A DNA stretch of 64,000 bases. It comes from a virus. The stretch spans positions 64,001 to 128,000 of IMG/VR virus record IMGVR_UViG_3300009103_000004; one strand, written 5' to 3'. The notes beneath the pieces were generated by a model that had not been told where the DNA came from, made no database searches, and was given only the letters and a program-made list of their open reading frames with translations. Below are positions 45,892 to 55,066 of this stretch, in pieces (position 1 is the stretch's first letter; every line of letters begins with the position of its first letter). The translations under genes were made by a program, and so were the position numbers.

Positions 45892-48164
45892 TTTCTTGGT
45901 ACCAATGGGTTGTTTTCTAATTGTTCGTCTGTTTTAAATTGATCTAAAAAGGAATGTCTAGGATCTTTACCGAAGCCTACGTCCCGTGTTCCCGACTTAG
46001 CATTAGGGAGTCCGTGACTATCCTCTCCTGTAAAATCTACAGCACTGGGGCTGCCCATATTTCCTGGAGGTGTTTGGGTACCAGGCTGGCCCATAGCTCC
46101 CGGATCGCCTGGAGGTTTTGATCCTATGGACGGAGATTCTTTATCGCCTACAGGTATTACTACTGGTGTCAGTGCGGGATTACTAAGTACCGCTTCCCAA
46201 GGAGCATCAGTCGTAGTTTGACCCTGATGTATCCTATCAGCAGCCTCTAAGTACGGTATCGACTGCTGCCCTAAATCTCTTGCACCAGTTGCGATAGACG
46301 ATGCACCAGTTGATAGGCCAGAGGCTGCAGCAGTTGCCGCCTGATCCACTATATGTTCAGCGTCCTCTTCTTTAACTCCAAGATCAATAAGAGGAGCCTT
46401 TGCGTATTCTGTTCCCTTTTCCTTAGCCTGCGATTGTAAATCACCAGCTACAACACCGCCTGCGTTCCTTACTAGTTTAGCAACGGGAGTATTTGCAGCA
46501 GCGCGGTACTCAGCTAAGTTAGGTACATCAGAATTTAAGAACTCCTCGCTATTCAGCGTAGACATATAGTTTATTAAGTCCTCTCTCGACTCATCTCCAA
46601 ACTCAACACCTGTACCATCTGCGGCCTGGTTAAATAGTGTATTCATTCCTTGCCCCGCGACCACGGATACAGGGCCTCGTAAACTTTGTGTAAGTAGACC
46701 GGAACCTTCTGGTATTCTAGCCTCACCCAACATGGCATTAGTAGCTAAATTAAGTATCAAATCGGACTGTCGATTTACAGAATCTTCGTAAGGGCTAGTC
46801 TCACCCCATATTTGGTATGGATTAAGTTTACTATTTATCACCTGGTTTACGGCAGGCCAAGCATCTTTACGTATGGAACGCAACATTCGTTCTTTAGCAT
46901 CATCACTCAGCGTAACGCCGTATTCAGCTTCAATACTAGCAGCAAATTCATCAACAATTTGTGATGGTACAGCATCTACAGCATTATAACCTTGGTATGA
47001 CAAAATTGGAGCCGAAGATGCTATTGTGGCTCTACCCAAAGGCGACTTCCAATATCCCACTCCGCCATAATGAAGGGGACTGAGAGCTGTGTTTACTCCA
47101 CGCCGGAATAAAGTATCTTTCCTACCCAAATCAAACGGCCTAGTAGCTTTTGCTAGAGGATTATATTTCCAAACAGGTTTATTTGGTCTAACTAGATTAA
47201 CTGCTGACTGAGTACCTGGACGTCTAATAATATCCAAAAACTTACCAACATCTTGTGTAAGAGCATCTGGCCTTGGTGCACCACCCGGCCTCGTAGCTGG
47301 CTTGCCCGGAACATTAGTTAATAGCTTTTCCTCTAATTTTTTAACTAAAAATGGGTGTACTGGCTTAGGTCCTCGATATCTGGACGGATTAGTAGCAGAA
47401 CCTGGTCGGAAAACTTGTCTATTACCCGGGGTTTGTCTTGGGGTTGGGCGTACACCTTTATTATTAGGGAGTGACCGCAGGCCAGTTAGAGGCGTTGGCT
47501 TGGGCTTAACCCTAGGTCTAATTTTTGGTACAGCAGATTTTACAAGTGAGGCACTCTTTTCCTTTTTCTTCTTTTTATTCCTATCTTTATAGTTGTTGTA
47601 AGCCATGTGGGCCACGCCTGTAACTAAACCCGTACCAGCTGCACCTGCAGTCCAAGCCCAAGGATTGTTGGCTCTCCAAAAAGGAAGTTGTAACGTCCTA
47701 TCCTTACGGAGAGCACTATCTGGAGTAAAATCAATAGGAGCTGCAGCGTCAGTATCCTGTATTACAGGCTTGGGAGGAGTAGCCTTGTTCCAGGTTCTAC
47801 TAATATCAACTGCTTCATTATTAGCGTGCCTTGCAATTCGTTTTTTAAGCTCATGATGTTCACGCGCTATAGGATTCGAATTATCCCCACGTAACCAAGG
47901 TGGTATCGTTTTTGGAAGAGATTTACTTCCCGTTGAAGATATTTGATCCCTAAGTGCAATATGTTCCCTACGATCTTGTAACGGTAATTTTCTCCATTCA
48001 GGAGTTCCTATTTGCTGTATTTTATCTAAAAAGCTAGAACCACCAAACTCAGGTGCAGCAAACCCCCCAGAGGATATGCTCTGTCTGGCTTTTTCAACAG
48101 CGTCCGGACTCATGTCTATCCCGCATTTGACCAAGCCCAGTTGTAGTTCTCTATTCACAAACAA
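45888..48164 (-). CDS. 758-aa KxA-motif protein, possible virion internal protein
   Basis: Internal EKSASLVKSAVPKIRPRVKP and GSATNPS; TTGACC-17nt-TAACAT upstream. Confidence 0.7.
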   Translation of the reverse strand: MFVNRELQLGLVKCGIDMSPDAVEKARQSISSGGFAAPEFGGSSFLDKIQQIGTPEWRKLPLQDRREHIALRDQISSTGSKSLPKTIPPWLRGDNSNPIAREHHELKKRIARHANNEAVDISRTWNKATPPKPVIQDTDAAAPIDFTPDSALRKDRTLQLPFWRANNPWAWTAGAAGTGLVTGVAHMAYNNYKDRNKKKKKEKSASLVKSAVPKIRPRVKPKPTPLTGLRSLPNNKGVRPTPRQTPGNRQVFRPGSATNPSRYRGPKPVHPFLVKKLEEKLLTNVPGKPATRPGGAPRPDALTQDVGKFLDIIRRPGTQSAVNLVRPNKPVWKYNPLAKATRPFDLGRKDTLFRRGVNTALSPLHYGGVGYWKSPLGRATIASSAPILSYQGYNAVDAVPSQIVDEFAASIEAEYGVTLSDDAKERMLRSIRKDAWPAVNQVINSKLNPYQIWGETSPYEDSVNRQSDLILNLATNAMLGEARIPEGSGLLTQSLRGPVSVVAGQGMNTLFNQAADGTGVEFGDESREDLINYMSTLNSEEFLNSDVPNLAEYRAAANTPVAKLVRNAGGVVAGDLQSQAKEKGTEYAKAPLIDLGVKEEDAEHIVDQAATAAASGLSTGASSIATGARDLGQQSIPYLEAADRIHQGQTTTDAPWEAVLSNPALTPVVIPVGDKESPSIGSKPPGDPGAMGQPGTQTPPGNMGSPSAVDFTGEDSHGLPNAKSGTRDVGFGKDPRHSFLDQFKTDEQLENNPLVPRK

Positions 48165-48211
48165 GGATGTTAGATAACTTACATAAAAAGGTCAAAGCAT
48201 AACTAATAGGT

Positions 48212-48247
48212 AAAAAAAGGTCGTACTCGTTAAAATACGACCTTTTT
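48212..48247 (-). terminator. Intrinsic terminator
   Basis: AGGTCGTA/TACGACCT stem flanked by A and T runs. Confidence 0.8.
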
Positions 48248-48263
48248 AGTTTCAAGTTGTGTG

Positions 48264-49442
48264 TTAGTCCTTTTCAAGGCCAAGACACGACTTTCTGCTA
48301 TTTAGATCCGCCTCAGAGATTAGCTGACTTTGGCGGTTCTCTATCTCAGTCTCCCGAAGTCGGGCCACTTGCTCGGGGCTGAGGCCAGGCTTCTCTGCCC
48401 CTTCGGGCATCTTTTCAAGGCAAGTCCTGAAATTCAACTCGTTGTTGATCTGACCTAACATATGTCTTAGGTCGCGACTCGAGTTGAAAGCCACAGAATG
48501 TGGCCGGATGTAAGCAGCCTCTTGGTCCACGTTTTTAATCATGGACTCGTGTCGGTTATTAGCGAACTTCATATCGTTATAACCGATAACGGCAGAGATC
48601 TTGGGCATATCCAGCTCCTCAGCGAGAGGTTTCCACTTCTTCTCAGGGTCCGAGGGTCTTACCTGCCGAAGCTTGGTTGCCCAATGCTTGGTGTTCCTGA
48701 CCAAGAAATGTGGAAACCACATCTCCAACGAGTCTTTCCCATTGTAGCAGCATGCCCCGCTACCCATGATATTGGTTGTGTACTTCTTTATAAGATCCGT
48801 AATAAAGAACCGAAGTTCGGAATATTCCGGATACTTTTCGAGGTTGCCCTCAAGAAGCTTCCACACAGGACCCTTGGACTGCTTAAGATATGCAAGCCTC
48901 TTCCTGATGCTCATTTCAGGAAACTTCTTAAAGAAGTTCACGAGCCTGCTCGGATAATCCTGGAGACTTTCCTTCCTGAGCGACTTCCGTCTCCGGATGT
49001 GAGAGCGTCCCGCATAGTCCTTGTAATCCGGCTCGCTGGCTTGCAGTAGCTCAGACAGCCTATGAGCATCTCTTCCCTTTGCACGGAAGAACACCTCCAA
49101 AGGCGAATCAAGAACTGACTCGACAGTTGGCCACTCAAATGAGTCAGAGTGGGTGGCTTTCCCGTACTTGCAGAGCTTGCCATCCACGTCGACCGGCAAG
49201 GTCTTGAGATCATTGAGGTAGTTGTGGTAACCATCCTCAAAGCCGAAACGACCGAGATCGATGAATCCTTTGTCGTCTTGCTTCCCAATGAGGGTGGGAC
49301 GAGGTCCCACCTTCGCACGAAGTGATCCATCGAGAACAATCCAGTGCTGCGACGTGAACACGAACTCACACGCCGCTAGCTTGTAGTAAGCAAAGCGCAT
49401 GTCAAAGCACGTTGCTGATGTTGATATTAATAATTTTTTCAT
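48264..49442 (-). CDS. Hypothetical protein (cassette gene)
   Basis: 392 aa between promoter motif 49491-49500 and a terminator. Confidence 0.75.
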   Translation of the reverse strand: MKKLLISTSATCFDMRFAYYKLAACEFVFTSQHWIVLDGSLRAKVGPRPTLIGKQDDKGFIDLGRFGFEDGYHNYLNDLKTLPVDVDGKLCKYGKATHSDSFEWPTVESVLDSPLEVFFRAKGRDAHRLSELLQASEPDYKDYAGRSHIRRRKSLRKESLQDYPSRLVNFFKKFPEMSIRKRLAYLKQSKGPVWKLLEGNLEKYPEYSELRFFITDLIKKYTTNIMGSGACCYNGKDSLEMWFPHFLVRNTKHWATKLRQVRPSDPEKKWKPLAEELDMPKISAVIGYNDMKFANNRHESMIKNVDQEAAYIRPHSVAFNSSRDLRHMLGQINNELNFRTCLEKMPEGAEKPGLSPEQVARLRETEIENRQSQLISEADLNSRKSCLGLEKD

Positions 49443-49509
49443 AGTTTTTTTATTCTTTGTTTATAGTTAAATAAATATCGTTACCATTAGTATATAACAC
49501 ATGACAGGT

Positions 49510-49538
49510 AAAAAAACCCCCTAACTAGAGGGGGTTTT
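49510..49538 (-). terminator. Intrinsic terminator
   Basis: AACCCCCT/AGGGGGTT stem followed by a T run. Confidence 0.8.
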
Positions 49539-49559
49539 AGTGGCTCACCGTTATACGGT

Positions 49560-50498
49560 TTACCAGAAGGGCCTAATCGCCTTCAAGGCTATACAGGCGT
49601 CACGTTCCGTTTCGGAACTAACCGTAGATTGTAGTGCGGATAATGCCCGCACTGCATTTTTCAAGGCAGTGCTGTATTCGGCATTGTGCCCGGATCTGGC
49701 GGACACCTCGGTGATGTAACTCAGAAGCTTCTTCAACTCCCATCGCGGGTCCTTAGACCAAGGACTGGTGTCACCCCGAGCACGCCTTGCCTGCATATGG
49801 TGCCGCAAGCCGTTTAGTTTCTGGTATGGATTGTACTCAATGACTCGCCGTCCGTCAGGCAGAGTTACGACCTCATCCTCAGGGACAATGGGGCCTAACT
49901 CTTTCTTGTCGAATATTCCGGCAATGCGGTCGGCCTCGGCCTTTGCTGCGGCCAGAATCTCTGGAGCTGGGGGTTCAGGTTGGGATTCACCCAGGAACTC
50001 CCACATCGCGTACTTCTTTAGAACCTCGTACTTGCCTTCGACGGAATCATAACCCTCATCATCATAGGAGATGCGGAGGGCCCGGTCGACCTCTTGGACC
50101 CCGTTGCCAGGGTACAATCCACCGAGATGTGCGGCTTGGTCCTCGATTCTACGATAGTACCCCACGGCCTCTTTCAAGGATGTGAAATATCTCGTCCAAT
50201 CGTATGCAGAGCCCTTATCGTAGTTAGAGCACTCCGAGATGAGGAAGTGACCCTCCCTATCTTCGACGTTCGCTCCGTCGTACAGATCGGAGATAGAAGT
50301 CTCGACCTTCTCATTGCACGGGCGGCACAGAGCACAGGTTTCAAAACCGTACGAATCGGTCTCACCCTGAACTATAACCTCAGCAGGTTTTCCGCAGTCC
50401 TCGCATGTATCAGGTCCGACTTTGAAGGATAAACCACCGCCGTAACGAATGGTCTGCCCGTCATCCTTCCCAATGATTGCTAATATTTTATTTCTCAT
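49560..50498 (-). CDS. Hypothetical protein with CxxC pairs
   Basis: CEDC and CALCRPC; promoter motif at 50554-50563. Confidence 0.75.
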   Translation of the reverse strand: MRNKILAIIGKDDGQTIRYGGGLSFKVGPDTCEDCGKPAEVIVQGETDSYGFETCALCRPCNEKVETSISDLYDGANVEDREGHFLISECSNYDKGSAYDWTRYFTSLKEAVGYYRRIEDQAAHLGGLYPGNGVQEVDRALRISYDDEGYDSVEGKYEVLKKYAMWEFLGESQPEPPAPEILAAAKAEADRIAGIFDKKELGPIVPEDEVVTLPDGRRVIEYNPYQKLNGLRHHMQARRARGDTSPWSKDPRWELKKLLSYITEVSARSGHNAEYSTALKNAVRALSALQSTVSSETERDACIALKAIRPFW

Positions 50499-50816
50499 AA
50501 TTTATCTTTGTTGTTTGTTGTATTGTTGTGATTAAATAAAATGACTCCATTATTATATAACCCGTAACAGACAACTATTTCACTAACTAGACATAGGTAT
50601 AAATATGAAAAACATATTAGTAAAAACTTTGACAATGTACTCACGAGCCAGGGAACGCATAATGTCCAAGACATATTGGAAGAACTCACTAGCCTTCTTA
50701 AGGCTTCCCGAACTGAAGTTCCTCAAGACCTTCGGCTTTATAATGAGTATCATGTTTTAACAATATGTAAAAAAGACCGAGTGAACGGTCTTTTCGACCC
50801 GAAGGTCTTTTGGCTT

Positions 50817-51041
50817 TCACCGGAGAGGATGGGTACGTTCCAGCTCTCTGTTAGCATCCGCTTCAGCTTTGTCTATGACGTGCATCCACATGTCTTCAGT
50901 GATATACCATGGTTTTGTGCCGCCTTCAGTGTGAGCAACCTTCCAGGCTCTATCCCACAGCATGGGCCAGCCTAGTCCATCGTAAACGGTCTCAAAGCTT
51001 TCAGAGATCCAGAACCAAATAAGTGTAAGTAATTTTTTCAT
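50817..51041 (-). CDS. Hypothetical protein (cassette gene)
   Basis: MKKLL start; hairpin near 50769-50794 downstream. Confidence 0.6.
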   Translation of the reverse strand: MKKLLTLIWFWISESFETVYDGLGWPMLWDRAWKVAHTEGGTKPWYITEDMWMHVIDKAEADANRELERTHPLR

Positions 51042-51244
51042 AATTGTTGTTGTTTTAGGTTAAATTAAGCAGTTTTATGACATGCCGGTCATATATTAGT
51101 AACACAAAACAGGGGTAAATTGCATGTTTTAACAGGGCAAAATTGCAGGGCATATCATGCATAATGATCAATAGAAAGCCGGGCTATTGATCAAAAGTCG
51201 TTAACTCTCTTCGATGCATGATATGACAGGCGCATGCAACAGCT

Positions 51245-51274
51245 AAAAAAACCCCCTATTTGGAGGGGGTTTTT
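51245..51274 (-). terminator. Intrinsic terminator
   Basis: Same stem as the terminator at 49510. Confidence 0.75.
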
Positions 51275-51441
51275 ACTTCCACTTTAGGGAAGATTTTTAC
51301 CATACCGGTCCCCTTGCAGGGGTGGCACCAGCCCTGGTAATTTGTCCATCGGGCGAACTTATCTCCGCCACCTTTACCTTTACAGGTAGGACAAACTTTA
51401 AGACTGTACCCTCCAGATTTATCCAAGATCATTCTAGGCAT
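51256..51441 (-). CDS. Small CxxCxGxG zinc-finger protein
   Basis: CPTCKGKG and CHPCKGTG. Confidence 0.65.
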   Translation of the reverse strand: MPRMILDKSGGYSLKVCPTCKGKGGGDKFARWTNYQGWCHPCKGTGMVKIFPKVEVKTPSK

Positions 51442-51661
51442 CGCTTACACCCTTTCCTTTATGTTCAGACATTCTTTTCTCCACGTATTGATTCACTGAC
51501 ATCGGATAAGGATGCCTTTTATCAAAACGAGGATTAAGACGGCAGAGCCGGGAATACTCTTGTATATAATACTTCCGAAGTTCTGCTTCTGAGAGTCCTA
51601 TCAATACTGCACTCATCTTATTCCCTCCCCAAGAGTTTCCGATCCGCGACCTCAAGGTCAT
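51434..51661 (-). CDS. Hypothetical protein; start uncertain
   Basis: Packed ORF, likely start MSAVL. Confidence 0.5.
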   Translation of the reverse strand: MTLRSRIGNSWGGNKMSAVLIGLSEAELRKYYIQEYSRLCRLNPRFDKRHPYPMSVNQYVEKRMSEHKGKGVSDA

Positions 51662-52034
51662 GAGCTACCTCCAGCAAACGATCCACAATGTTCGTTTGAA
51701 TGTACTGAGACTCTAACTCCTCATGGTACCTTACATCATCCTTAATGTTGTCAACGATCTTACGCAATGCAGCAGCTTTTTTGGCCAGAACGCCATCTCT
51801 AATAAGAAGATCTTCTATTGAGATGACAACCTTACCGTCCGCTTCCTGCTGCTTCTTCCTGAAATGCGCACCTATGCCCAGTCCCAACTCAGTTAACTTG
51901 GGCTCAGGCTTGGGAGCTATCTTTTCCCGAATAGCACGGATGTCGGGAGCAATAGATGATAGGATCGCAAGATCCTTACTTATTGCAATAAGTGTATCCC
52001 ATATAGCGCTTAAGTAATTTAATATTCTTTTCAT
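51618..52034 (-). CDS. Hypothetical protein (cassette gene)
   Basis: Promoter motif at 52086-52095 upstream. Confidence 0.65.
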   Translation of the reverse strand: MKRILNYLSAIWDTLIAISKDLAILSSIAPDIRAIREKIAPKPEPKLTELGLGIGAHFRKKQQEADGKVVISIEDLLIRDGVLAKKAAALRKIVDNIKDDVRYHEELESQYIQTNIVDRLLEVAHDLEVADRKLLGRE

Positions 52035-52119
52035 AGTTTTTTTATCCTTTGTTTAGTTTATTAAAAAATTGTTGTTCCTCAAAAGTATATAACACGTAAC
52101 ACGTAAAAAAACCCCATTG

Positions 52120-52497
52120 TTAAGAGGGGGTTTTCTTGGCTTCAGTTACTACCCGAAGCCGGTCGGTCCTATCTGGATCGTTGAAGTCTCGGCCCTCTTT
52201 CCAGAGGAACCCACCATACTTCTCTTCCCATTCAGGAATGTCAATAAGCAGGTAGTTTATGCCGAGTATTCTTTCGGACCCATATACAGGACCAGTTAGT
52301 TCCTTCGCCCGGGACTTGTAGCAGCTCGGTTGAAGAATCCAGACTTGGCGATCAGTATGCCGGAGATCAGACAACCTATCTATTTTAGGAGTCTTGATCA
52401 CCTTGTGGTAACCGCCGTCGTATACCTTTCGCCAACCTGCATCCACAAGGGAAGCAAGCATAACGAAGGCCAGTAGTGTTGTTATATATTTTTTCAT
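52120..52497 (-). CDS. Hypothetical protein with signal peptide
   Basis: MKKYITTLLAFVMLASLVDA; terminator at 52105-52134. Confidence 0.7.
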   Translation of the reverse strand: MKKYITTLLAFVMLASLVDAGWRKVYDGGYHKVIKTPKIDRLSDLRHTDRQVWILQPSCYKSRAKELTGPVYGSERILGINYLLIDIPEWEEKYGGFLWKEGRDFNDPDRTDRLRVVTEAKKTPS

Positions 52498-52559
52498 ATG
52501 TTGTTTGGGTTAATTAAGCAGTTTTATGACATGCTGGTCATAAGTACATAACGCAAATA

Positions 52560-52730
52560 TATCATATATTGCATTGTTTATGATATAATTGATATATCAA
52601 ATGTATCATTATCTATATCATAATGTATCACAAACATATCACAACAATGGCCATTATATATCATACTATCACTTGTGTATCATTTATGTATCAGAACTAT
52701 GACATAGTGTGATATATCATTTTATATCAT
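52560..52730. repeat. AT-rich phased TATCA/TGATA array
   Basis: About 12 TATCA and 3 TGATA copies, many 9-12 bp apart. Confidence 0.7.
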
Positions 52731-52741
52731 AACTGACATGT

Positions 52742-52778
52742 AAAAAAAGGAGGGTACAGGCCGAAGCCCATACCCTCC
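52742..52778 (-). terminator. Intrinsic terminator with UUCG loop
   Basis: GGAGGGTATGGGC-TTCG-GCCTGTACCCTCC followed by T7. Confidence 0.88.
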
Positions 52779-52813
52779 AATGGGTGTGGTTGTCTTCTCC
52801 ATAGACAAATTAC

Positions 52814-53197
52814 TTACGTGACATGATATCCTGACCCCCCACAGGTGGAGCACGTAACTGGATATAAACTCCAGTTTCCAGCATTGTTGTATTTGTATGT
52901 TCTACTGGCTATAAAGCCACCATACGTGAATGCTCTGTTGTCTACCTCGAACTCCTCATCATGTCCATCTGGATCTAACAATCCAACACCGTTACATATA
53001 TAACATACGTCGAAGCCACGATTAGAGTTACAAAACTCTTTTTCGTGTGTAGTATCAAACGATCCATCTATGCTGGCTAACCAGCAATCATGTAGATCGA
53101 CATCATACATGTTATAAGCAGTGTCCAGGACTTCACGGTACTTTAACATGTCTACCCATCTCCGTACTTCACCGACAGTCGCTATATCTTTAGTCAT
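52814..53197 (-). CDS. CxxCxGxG zinc-finger protein
   Basis: CYICNGVG and CSTCGGSG. Confidence 0.65.
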   Translation of the reverse strand: MTKDIATVGEVRRWVDMLKYREVLDTAYNMYDVDLHDCWLASIDGSFDTTHEKEFCNSNRGFDVCYICNGVGLLDPDGHDEEFEVDNRAFTYGGFIASRTYKYNNAGNWSLYPVTCSTCGGSGYHVT

Positions 53198-53378
53198 GAC
53201 TCTCCTAGCTCACTCAGTATAGAGAGGAGGTTGCGATAAGATCTCGGCAAGCTTCTTTTCTATGAATCATCTTCATGACGACACCTTCACTTTCCTATGA
53301 GCTTTCCACTCATGCTTTGGGCAGTATGTCCATCCTCCTTGCTTCACCGACTCCGCTGCCTCGGAATCGGAAACACGT

Positions 53379-53591
53379 TTAATCTCTTTTTTCTTTTTTA
53401 TACACTTCATTGGATTGTTCCTCCATGTTTTGGTTATTAGGTATTTCATATACCTTATTATATAATTCCTCTGGTACATCGCCAATAAGCAATGGTTCAA
53501 TCTCATAGGTTAATACCAAGTGAGACTTACCACTTATTGCACGTATAGGCTCATTCAAACCCGTACCAGGATGATTTCTATTTTTGTTCAT
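53379..53591 (-). CDS. Hypothetical protein
   Basis: 4-nt overlap with the upstream gene. Confidence 0.5.
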   Translation of the reverse strand: MNKNRNHPGTGLNEPIRAISGKSHLVLTYEIEPLLIGDVPEELYNKVYEIPNNQNMEEQSNEVYKKEKRD

Positions 53592-54007
53592 ATTGCGTCA
53601 CACTCGCCTAGCATCAGATTGAAGTGACGTTTTGCGGGCTGGTCTATAATGTCACCGTCTGGATGTTCGATCCGTACAGGCCAATCACCAGGCTGGCATT
53701 CAATTTCGGAATTTTTAATTGTTCCAAATTCTTTTACATAGCTGGGACCGGGATCAAAATCGGTGCGTACAAATAACTTCCAACCATCAAAACGGTTAGA
53801 AATCGATGTAGTAAATTTCAATATGTTTGAATATGGAGTATCTTTTGAATACGTTACCGAGCCCCCGCAGGGTGCATCGGGGTGGATATGGAAACGTACG
53901 GTAAAGTTACTGTGCGGTGCCAGAAACGATGCCGTTATTGCCTTGCGCATCGCACTTTGCCTCTGCAGAGATGAGTGGAATTTATTAATCTCTTTCTCAT
54001 GATTCAT
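53588..54007 (-). CDS. Hypothetical protein
   Basis: 139-aa ORF. Confidence 0.6.
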   Translation of the reverse strand: MNHEKEINKFHSSLQRQSAMRKAITASFLAPHSNFTVRFHIHPDAPCGGSVTYSKDTPYSNILKFTTSISNRFDGWKLFVRTDFDPGPSYVKEFGTIKNSEIECQPGDWPVRIEHPDGDIIDQPAKRHFNLMLGECDAI

Positions 54008-54039
54008 TTACTATTATCCTTGGTTTATTATTTATATAA

Positions 54040-54790
54040 AAGGCGGGGGACCCTGACCCCCTGACTGTAACTGACGTTAGTTCATTACGTGCCTCTGGTT
54101 TATGGTTTTGGCTTTCTGAATTAACTGTATGCTCTGGCACCATCGGTGTTTCAGAGACAGCCTACAGCCTAGCCGGGATTTAAATTGACCCCCTATATTG
54201 ACTAATTGCGTCCGGTTCATTTGTGTCACCTATACGTAGTTATGGGCTGTGTACTCACGTGGGTACACCACATAACTTTCCTTCGGACGGTCATTACTCG
54301 CTTGTCCTTGTAAAAACCTTCAAGACAATACCGTGGGTACTGCTTCTGCTTGTTGGTAGCTACGTTGTCCGTAGAGTAAAACTTATAATGAGTCATGAAC
54401 ACATTAATAAGCGACGATCCATGGTGTATGACGCATAAGATCTCTAAGCGACCGACAGTCGCATAGTAGTGTCAATCTAGGGGGGCTGTATACTGTGGGT
54501 ATAGATGTTACGTAATGTCTCGCGAACTATAAGTTAACATCCGACCAAATAGAATCGAGTGGTAGCTGCTATCCACTCATGGATTCTTTATCACATTAGC
54601 TTTACGTTTCTGTGATATCAGGAATTAGTTTTGTGTTAGGAGTGAAGCCCTAAAAAAGGCGTACTCTCCCCCAACCCCAGTTATGCGGATTCTCTTGCCG
54701 CATTAATATCACTGTTCGGGTACATTGTTTTGTATGGCTAACCAGCCCTAATGTCCGCAATAGCTTCTTAGGCTTAGATGAAGTATACAG
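54040..54790. ncRNA. Candidate large structured ncRNA
   Basis: No credible ORF; long-range stem 54189-54202/54471-54484 enclosing several hairpins, with more hairpins on both sides. Confidence 0.55.
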
Positions 54791-54820
54791 AGAAATATTC
54801 CTTTCGTTTGTTATTATTAA

Positions 54821-54914
54821 AACCCAGTAGAGGAGACTCGAACTCCTCATGGTACCTTGTGACCTTCCTCACGGTTTCTGTGTAAGAGGGTACCGACCAT
54901 CCAGTTACTGAGTT
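54821..54914 (-). ncRNA. tRNA-like RNA with T arm and no encoded CCA
   Basis: AACTCAGTA/TACTGGGTT closing stem, GGTACC stem, GAGGAG-TTCGAGT-CTCCTC arm. Confidence 0.55.
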
Positions 54915-55066
54915 CTAAATTGATAAAAATAAAGAGAGCGGGTGTTGACTTTAACGAGCAAAGGATGACAACAAAGAAACAAACCAAGGCTCTGGGTACA
55001 ACACCCGCTCAACTTCAAACCCATATAAGTGAAAGGGGGGGAACTTATATGGGAGGTAAATGATTA

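Noticed and set aside
29144-50432. Long plus-strand ORFs such as 29144-29692, 41882-42346, 44242-44715, 48498-49049 and 50094-50432
   Set aside because: Antisense shadows of well-supported minus-strand genes, with no motifs of their own
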